A stretch of 22,277 nucleotides of DNA from a bacterium (GTDB taxonomy: Bacteria > Electryoneota > Electryoneia > Electryoneales > Electryoneaceae), in assembly GCA_043801585.1 (NCBI GenBank), contig JAZDLX010000124.1, forward strand, positions 1 through 22,277. The letters are read 5' to 3'. A model generated the notes under the pieces. The model saw nothing but the letters and a program-made list of their open reading frames with translations. It was not told where the DNA came from and did not search any database. Of this stretch, positions 16,617 to 22,277 are shown one piece after another. The translations under genes and the position numbers were made by a program. Numbering within the stretch: position 1 is the first letter of the stretch; each line of letters begins with the position of its first letter.

Positions 16617-17402
16617 ATGGCAACCATTCGCGGCATCCAGCATGTTTTTCTTGACATCGACGGCGTACTGATGCTGGGCGACCAACCTATTCCCGGCGGT
16701 ACAACAACGGTCAACAAGCTGCTTTCATTGGGCATTAAAGTCTCTTACGTGACCAACACCACGCGCAAACCGCGCCGTAAAATCTACGAAGAGCTGCAGA
16801 AACTGGGTTTTCACCTCGACGAGAACGATGTCATTTGCCCGGCGATCATTGCCCGCGAGACGATACTCCAGATGAAACGGCCAAGCGTTGCGCTTTTCGT
16901 CGCGGACGAAATTCTGGAGGACTTTGAGGGGCTGAAGATCACCACCCAGAGGGCGGGAGCGGTGATCATGGGCGACCTGGGCGACAAGTTCACGCCGGAG
17001 ATCCTCGACCAGATCTTCAAACTGACGTTCACCGGCAGCGAGCTGATCGCCTTGCAGAAGAACCGTTTCTGGCGGGATGAGATCGGCCTGCGCCTCGACC
17101 TCGGGCCGTATGTAGCGGCCATCGAGTACGCAACGGGCAAGAAGGCGGACGTGGTCGGGAAACCGGCACCCGGTTTCTTCCGGGGCCTTCTGACACGCTA
17201 CCATATCCGCCCCGAGAACGCATTGATGGTCGGCGATGACATCGAGGCGGATATCCTCGGCGCGCAGCGGCTCGGGATGAAGACCGCGCAGGTGAAAACC
17301 GGCAAGTACGACGCCGATTTTGTGACACGGACGGGTGTTGAACCGGACGAGATCGTCCCCTCGATTGCGGACCTCTCCCCCGCGCTGGGCATCGAATCCT
17401 GA
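16617..17402 (+). CDS. HAD subfamily IIA hydrolase (TIGR01458 / LHPP-HDHD2-like)
   Basis: LDIDGVL, VTNTT, LIALQKNRFW, LDLGPYVAAIEYA, VGKP..GFF, MVGDDIEADI.GAQ..G, VKTGKY. Confidence 0.9.
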   Translation: MATIRGIQHVFLDIDGVLMLGDQPIPGGTTTVNKLLSLGIKVSYVTNTTRKPRRKIYEELQKLGFHLDENDVICPAIIARETILQMKRPSVALFVADEILEDFEGLKITTQRAGAVIMGDLGDKFTPEILDQIFKLTFTGSELIALQKNRFWRDEIGLRLDLGPYVAAIEYATGKKADVVGKPAPGFFRGLLTRYHIRPENALMVGDDIEADILGAQRLGMKTAQVKTGKYDADFVTRTGVEPDEIVPSIADLSPALGIES

Positions 17403-17419
17403 CAAAGGAACAGAGAACG

Positions 17420-17453
17420 AAAAAAGCGTCTCTCGCAAAAGGGACGCTTTTTT
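17420..17453. terminator. Bidirectional Rho-independent terminator
   Basis: AAAAAAGCGTCTC ... GGGACGCTTTTTT. Confidence 0.8.
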
Positions 17454-17533
17454 AGGGTTTCAGGCAGATCGATTTGAATAGTGTCTACATTCTTCTGACA
17501 ATTTTGCACAGGCTTCGCAAAAGAAGGTGGTCC

Positions 17534-19243
17534 ATGAAACGGATCCCTGTCAAGACGGCATCGATCTACCTGATCATTGGCGCACTTTGGATCCTCCTTT
17601 CCGACTATGCCCTGTCCCTCGCCACAAAGAACAACAACGCCCTTTCCCAGACGCTTCAGACGTATAAAGGATGGTTTTTTATACTCGTCACCGCCCTGTT
17701 ACTCTATTCACTGCTGACTCGCCAGATCGAGCGGATCGAGCGCGTGGAAAATCAGTACCGTTTTCTCGCGGAAAACGCGCTCGACATTGTCTACCGTTTC
17801 CGTCTACTCCCCAATCCGGGATTCGACTACGTCAGCCCGTCTATTACACAGATCACCGGGTATACTCCTCAGGAATTCTACGACGATCCTCTTCTGATAG
17901 AAAAAATACTATATCCCGATGATCTTTCATCCTTTCGAGAACTGATAAAAAATCCGAAACCGGAAATCAACCTTCGCCTGCGATTGATTCGAAAAGACGG
18001 TTCACTGATCTGGACAGGACAGCTTGGACGAACGATTTATAACCGTACCGGCTCTCCGTTAGCGTTAGCCGGAATCGCGCGTGACATCACCCAACACGTT
18101 GAACGCGAGGAAAAAATGCGTCAACTGCTGGAACGGTTTCAGGCTACTTTTGACGCCTCCCCGCTCGCGATCACGGTGCTCGATCCCGAAGGACACATCC
18201 TCGAGTGGAACCGCGCTGCCGAGAAAACCTTCGGATGGTCTTCGGAAGAAGCGATCGGCCAGGTGCTCGGTCCGCTTGTCGGGTCGCCGCTGGATGAATT
18301 CATCAATGCTTTGGCCAGAATTCGAGCGGGTGGGGATTTCATCGGGGTCGAAATCGTCAGGAGGAAAAAGGACGGTTCTCCGGTCCGACTGATTGTCTCC
18401 TCCGCAGGATTGCATGATGTTGAAGGGAAAATCACCGGAATCATCTCTATTTTTGAAGACATCACCACACTCCGCAATATACAGCATGAGCGCGAGTTGC
18501 TGGAAACGCAACTTCTGCACTCCCAGCGTCTCGACGCCATTGGACAATTCACGGGTTCGATCGCGCACGATTTCAACAACCTGCTCACCGCGATATCGAT
18601 GAACGCTTCGTTGATCGAAGGGCAGATTAACGAAACGCACCCCCACTATGACAGCATGGAGGAAATTCTCCGTACAACGGAAAGGGCTGCTGATTTAACC
18701 CGGCGTTTGCTCACCTTCAGCCGGCGGGAAGAAGTTCACACTCAACCCCTCGACATTGATCAAGCGATCACCGACATGCTGCCCCTGCTGAATCACCTCC
18801 TCGGAAAGAAATACCATCTGGAGACATCATTCCACGGATCGCTACCATCGATCATGGCCGATGAGCGGCAGGTGGAACAGGTCATCATGAATCTCGCGAT
18901 CAACGCGCGTGATGCCATGCCCGACGGGGGCACGTTGCGGTTCAGAACAAACGTGGAACGTCGGCCGCCTCCCAACACAGATCTAAAAAAAGAACAGGAG
19001 TCCGCCGATTGTCCGGTGTTGATCGTGGAGGATACCGGATCGGGCATGGATGTCGAAACACTCTCCCGGATTTTCGAACCGTTTTTCACTACAAAAGAGC
19101 CGGGACAGGGGACGGGGCTCGGCCTGGCAACCGTTTACAGCATCGTACAGGGGTGGCACGGGGAGATCACGGCGGACAGCACACCCGGGATGGAGACTCG
19201 ATTTACACTGGTTTTTCCACCGTTTGTTGAGGTGGAGAGTTAA
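17534..19243 (+). CDS. Membrane-anchored PAS-PAS sensor histidine kinase
   Basis: Two TM helices, two PAS/PAC domains, H-box SIAHDFNNLL, N-box QVIMNLAINARDAM, G1 DTGSGM, F-box IFEPFFTTK, G2 GTGLGL; ATG follows GAAGGTGG. Confidence 0.93.
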   Translation: MKRIPVKTASIYLIIGALWILLSDYALSLATKNNNALSQTLQTYKGWFFILVTALLLYSLLTRQIERIERVENQYRFLAENALDIVYRFRLLPNPGFDYVSPSITQITGYTPQEFYDDPLLIEKILYPDDLSSFRELIKNPKPEINLRLRLIRKDGSLIWTGQLGRTIYNRTGSPLALAGIARDITQHVEREEKMRQLLERFQATFDASPLAITVLDPEGHILEWNRAAEKTFGWSSEEAIGQVLGPLVGSPLDEFINALARIRAGGDFIGVEIVRRKKDGSPVRLIVSSAGLHDVEGKITGIISIFEDITTLRNIQHERELLETQLLHSQRLDAIGQFTGSIAHDFNNLLTAISMNASLIEGQINETHPHYDSMEEILRTTERAADLTRRLLTFSRREEVHTQPLDIDQAITDMLPLLNHLLGKKYHLETSFHGSLPSIMADERQVEQVIMNLAINARDAMPDGGTLRFRTNVERRPPPNTDLKKEQESADCPVLIVEDTGSGMDVETLSRIFEPFFTTKEPGQGTGLGLATVYSIVQGWHGEITADSTPGMETRFTLVFPPFVEVES

Positions 19244-19303
19244 TTGTAGTCCAGAGCTGTTTGAATACCGGCGTTCCCGTACCCTCACGCCCTGTAATGA
19301 CGG

Positions 19304-19340
19304 AAAAATAAAAAGGGCTGCCTGGGATATCAGACAGCCC
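19304..19340 (-). terminator. Rho-independent terminator
   Basis: Minus strand GGGCTGTCTG atatcc CAGGCAGCCC TTTTTATTTTT. Confidence 0.75.
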
Positions 19341-19362
19341 CATGCGATTGTCATGAAGAAAC

Positions 19363-19767
19363 CTACTTCAGCAGCACCATCTTCCTCACATCCGTGAATC
19401 CCGCGCAGGACAGCCGGTAGAAATAAACGCCGTTGGCGAGAGCGTGTGCATCGAGCTTGCGAGCGTGATGCCCCGCCGCTAATCGCTCCCCGTCGATCAA
19501 CCGCGTGACTTCCTGACCATGGACGTTGTAAAGGGTGAGCGTCACCTCCTGCGATTGAACCAGGTCAAACCGGATCGTGGTCAAGGGGTTGAAGGGATTG
19601 GGATAGTTCTGGAAAAGTGCATAGCGATCCGGGAGCTCCGCACCATCCGAAACATTTCCAGATTCTTCAAAGTGTACGACCACATTCATCCGTTGCGGTT
19701 CTTCAGCAAAATCCGCAAGGAAGAGCCACTCTAAGTAACGAAATATCATCCACTGGACCCCTCTCAC
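19363..19767 (-). CDS. Stand-alone T9SS type-A / FlgD-like C-terminal sorting domain protein (possibly a gene remnant)
   Basis: LPDRYALFQNYPNPFNP.T.IRFDL...V.L.LYNV.GQEV..L...LANGVYFYRL....VRKMVLLK; GTG 19767 follows GGGAGG, but the start is uncertain; no signal peptide seen. Confidence 0.7.
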   Translation of the reverse strand: MRGVQWMIFRYLEWLFLADFAEEPQRMNVVVHFEESGNVSDGAELPDRYALFQNYPNPFNPLTTIRFDLVQSQEVTLTLYNVHGQEVTRLIDGERLAAGHHARKLDAHALANGVYFYRLSCAGFTDVRKMVLLK

Positions 19768-19810
19768 CGCTTCCTCCCGATTCCTCGTCGAATGTCCGGC
19801 ACCTGCTCCG

Positions 19811-19837
19811 AATAAAAAAGCCGGGCATAAGCCCGGC
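19811..19837 (-). terminator. Rho-independent terminator of the secreted repeat-protein gene
   Basis: Minus strand GCCGGGC ttat GCCCGGC TTTTTTATT. Confidence 0.85.
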
Positions 19838-19867
19838 CTCCCACAGATAGAAAGCAGAATTTCCGGC

Positions 19868-21997
19868 TTATCTCAGCAGCACGACACGCATCACCTCGTT
19901 CATTTTCCCCGGAACAGTCGCTCGAACCAGGTAAACGCCGCTTGCAAGACGGTTGCTGTTCAACTGGAAACGGTGATATCCCGCCTGCCGCGGCTCATTG
20001 ACCAATTGCGCCACATGCTGTCCGAGCATATTGAACACATCGACCTTGAGAAAAGCGGGTTCGGGCAATCCAATAACGACGGTCAGCACCGGGTTGAACG
20101 GATTCGGGTACAACGCGCTGATTTCATAACGTTCAGGTAGCGAAGAGAGCAAATCGTCGTTAAGGGACAGTGTCACATCGAGCGTCCAGGTTTGAAGTGA
20201 GTACACCTCAAACCCGAATCGGTCATGTGCGTATATACGCCACCAGTAGAATCCCTGCTCAAGTTCCGACACGGCGAAAGAATTCGCAGCACCTGCTGTG
20301 AAAATTGCGGGATCACTGAATTCCCCGTCCGAAGAGATTTCAAGCCGGCAGAAAACCGTGTCGCCGGGATCGGGGTCGTAAGGGGTGTTCCAGTGAAAGA
20401 CCAGGGGAAATTCCGCTGCGTCCGGGATTTCACCTCCGCTATCCGGTGCAGTCAGGGAGAACGGCTGCGGAGGCTCGGGAACGTAAATGCTGAACTGCCC
20501 CTTGTTTCGCGACCAGCTTCCTGGTGTGTTCGAATCCGTCGCCCGCACCGCCCACCAGTAAACGTGGTCGTCCAGCAGGTTGTCAACAGCGAGGGAGGTG
20601 TCGGCAATGCTGTCGGCGATCAGCACCGCCGTGTTGAATTCCGAGAGCGTGTCCAGCCAGACATCGAAGCAGACTACGGAATCAGCGGAATCGGGGTCAA
20701 TCGTGCTCTGCCAGACGAGGGTCGTGTCCGATGACCAGACGGTGTCGTTATTCACAGGGCTGAGCAGTGCGAAGCTCTCCGGACTCGGTTGCATGGTGAA
20801 CGAGTGAACGTAGTGCAGGCTCTGCGCTCCACGGTCGTCGATCGCGTGCAGGTAGTAATCATAGGAAGTGAACGGATTCAATGCGGACAAATCCGCTTCG
20901 AACTGTAAGTCCAGGTCAGAACCCGGTGTGAAGTCCGTGTAACACACCGTATCCGTGGCAAAACCGTTCGTCTGGAACCTCCACTCGAGACAGACAATTT
21001 CTCCGGGTTCTTCGGATGCCATTCTCGTCTCGAGCAGAAACGGTTTCATTGCTTCCACACTCCAGCCGCCTCGCTCATCCATCGAACGTACATGAAGTAC
21101 ATGCAGCCCGTCGGACAGCTCGCCCAGATCCGCGACGAAGTCGAGCTGCGCGGATGATCCCTCGAAAAGATCAATCCCGGCGCCGCCGCCGAAACCGGGA
21201 TCGGTATCGAAGAAGTATTCCATCCGAACGATGTTCTCGGGTGAATCAAGAGAGAGCGCTTCCACGAGGAAGGGCTTCAAGGTAACAACACTCCACCGTC
21301 CGGCCGCGTCCGACGCGCGCACATGCAGCAGGTGCAACCCCTGCGACAGCCCGCTCAGGTCAACGTTGAATTCGAGCGCGACATCCGTGTCCGCCGTAAC
21401 GCCGATCTCCGTTCCGTTTCCCACGCTGGGATCAGTATCGATGAAAAACTCGGCCTGGACAATGTTGACGGGCGATTCAACGCTGAGCCGTTCCACATAG
21501 ACAGGCTTCAACAGGACCGGGCTCCACGCACCGTTTCCATCCCTTGTCCGGACATGAAACACGTGCAGCCCCTCGGACAAGACGCCCACATCCACGGCGA
21601 ACTCGAGTGTCACGACGCTGCCCGGATCAAGGGCTACAGGTGTTGCGTTCCCGACCCCGGGATCGACGTCAAAGAAGTATTCCGCCGCGTCGATGTCAGC
21701 GACCGGTTCGACGCTGAGTGTTTCCTTGAGGAAGGGGCGCGCAAACGGCAGGCTCCAGGCGCCGTTGCTGTCCACGACTCGAACATAGAGGATGTGGAAA
21801 CCCGTGCTGACACCCGAAACATCGACGTTGAAGCTTTGGTCAATCTCCCCGGCGGTACTGACGCTCACCCAGGTTCCCGCGCCGACTCCGGAACCGGTGT
21901 CAATGAAGTACTCGAGACCGGCCACGTCCTGCGCCAGCGCCAACGCGGGGAAAAGCAACAATAACAGCACGCACAGAATCAGAATTGGTTTTTTCAT
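19868..21997 (-). CDS. Secreted protein: EYFxDxDPG Ig-like repeats, two FN3-like domains and a C-terminal sorting domain
   Basis: Signal peptide MKKPILILCVLLLLLFPALALA; four clear ~77-aa repeats plus one degenerate; two P..F.L..P...W...DPD..D modules; YPNPFNP...LASGVYLVR...VVLLR. Confidence 0.88.
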   Translation of the reverse strand: MKKPILILCVLLLLLFPALALAQDVAGLEYFIDTGSGVGAGTWVSVSTAGEIDQSFNVDVSGVSTGFHILYVRVVDSNGAWSLPFARPFLKETLSVEPVADIDAAEYFFDVDPGVGNATPVALDPGSVVTLEFAVDVGVLSEGLHVFHVRTRDGNGAWSPVLLKPVYVERLSVESPVNIVQAEFFIDTDPSVGNGTEIGVTADTDVALEFNVDLSGLSQGLHLLHVRASDAAGRWSVVTLKPFLVEALSLDSPENIVRMEYFFDTDPGFGGGAGIDLFEGSSAQLDFVADLGELSDGLHVLHVRSMDERGGWSVEAMKPFLLETRMASEEPGEIVCLEWRFQTNGFATDTVCYTDFTPGSDLDLQFEADLSALNPFTSYDYYLHAIDDRGAQSLHYVHSFTMQPSPESFALLSPVNNDTVWSSDTTLVWQSTIDPDSADSVVCFDVWLDTLSEFNTAVLIADSIADTSLAVDNLLDDHVYWWAVRATDSNTPGSWSRNKGQFSIYVPEPPQPFSLTAPDSGGEIPDAAEFPLVFHWNTPYDPDPGDTVFCRLEISSDGEFSDPAIFTAGAANSFAVSELEQGFYWWRIYAHDRFGFEVYSLQTWTLDVTLSLNDDLLSSLPERYEISALYPNPFNPVLTVVIGLPEPAFLKVDVFNMLGQHVAQLVNEPRQAGYHRFQLNSNRLASGVYLVRATVPGKMNEVMRVVLLR

Positions 21998-22055
21998 GAT
22001 CCCCCCAACCATCTTTGACCTTTTCTCACTTCACGAAAGTCATGGCTGGGGAAGA

Positions 22056-22277
22056 TCAATTGCGCGCTTTTGCCTTCAGCTCAACATTCAGCCCGGAAGC
22101 CTGGGAAGCCGTCGAGGGCGCGAAGAAATGCGTGATCGTCGGAATCGGCGGAATGCCCGAGAGCACGTAGGGATCGTTGCCGCCGAACATGCCGCAGTCA
22201 ACGCCTCCCACGCCAACGCCCTCTGCTGGTGAATCGACCGCGAGTTGCCACTGGCTGTCTGTGCTCCCCGTGCCGAC
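22056..22277 (-). CDS. Partial CDS (3' end), probable right-handed beta-helix secreted protein
   Basis: Hand translation from the window edge: VGTGSTDSQWQLAVDSPAEGVGVGGVDCGMFGGNDPYVLSGIPPIPTITHFFAPSTASQASGLNVELKAKARN*. The L..DSPA.G.G..G.D.G.FGG motif is a typical beta-helix C-terminal cap. Not in the ORF track. Confidence 0.75.
   Translation of the reverse strand, partial: VGTGSTDSQWQLAVDSPAEGVGVGGVDCGMFGGNDPYVLSGIPPIPTITHFFAPSTASQASGLNVELKAKARN

Overview
A 22.3-kb bacterial chromosomal window with mostly housekeeping genes. Two proteins end in YPNPFNP...GVY..R sorting domains, which points to an FCB-group organism (inference). In order it encodes: 1-pyrroline-5-carboxylate dehydrogenase (pruA/rocA), a hypothetical lipoprotein, a GNAT, a CDF transporter-mazG-metalloenzyme operon, a MerR regulator with an 8-Cys C-terminal domain, a GT9 glycosyltransferase coupled to a YhhQ queuosine-precursor transporter, a tandem universal stress protein, an SH3 lipoprotein-metallophosphoesterase-HAD operon, polA, a HAD-IIA hydrolase, an orphan PAS-PAS histidine kinase, a cargo-less sorting-domain ORF, a secreted EYFxDxDPG-repeat protein, and the 3' end of a gene missing from the ORF track. 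I found no tRNA, rRNA, CRISPR array, integrase or transposase. The most unusual signal is non-coding. The ~500-bp spacer downstream of polA (13156-13637) is built largely from about five different short palindromic repeat types, some nested inside each other. Members of two of these types recur at 1648-1689 and 10621-10720. I did not find a clearly new multi-gene system; the best leads are this repeat nest, the Cys-rich MerR and the secreted repeat-protein locus. All family calls are by motif recognition, not database search.
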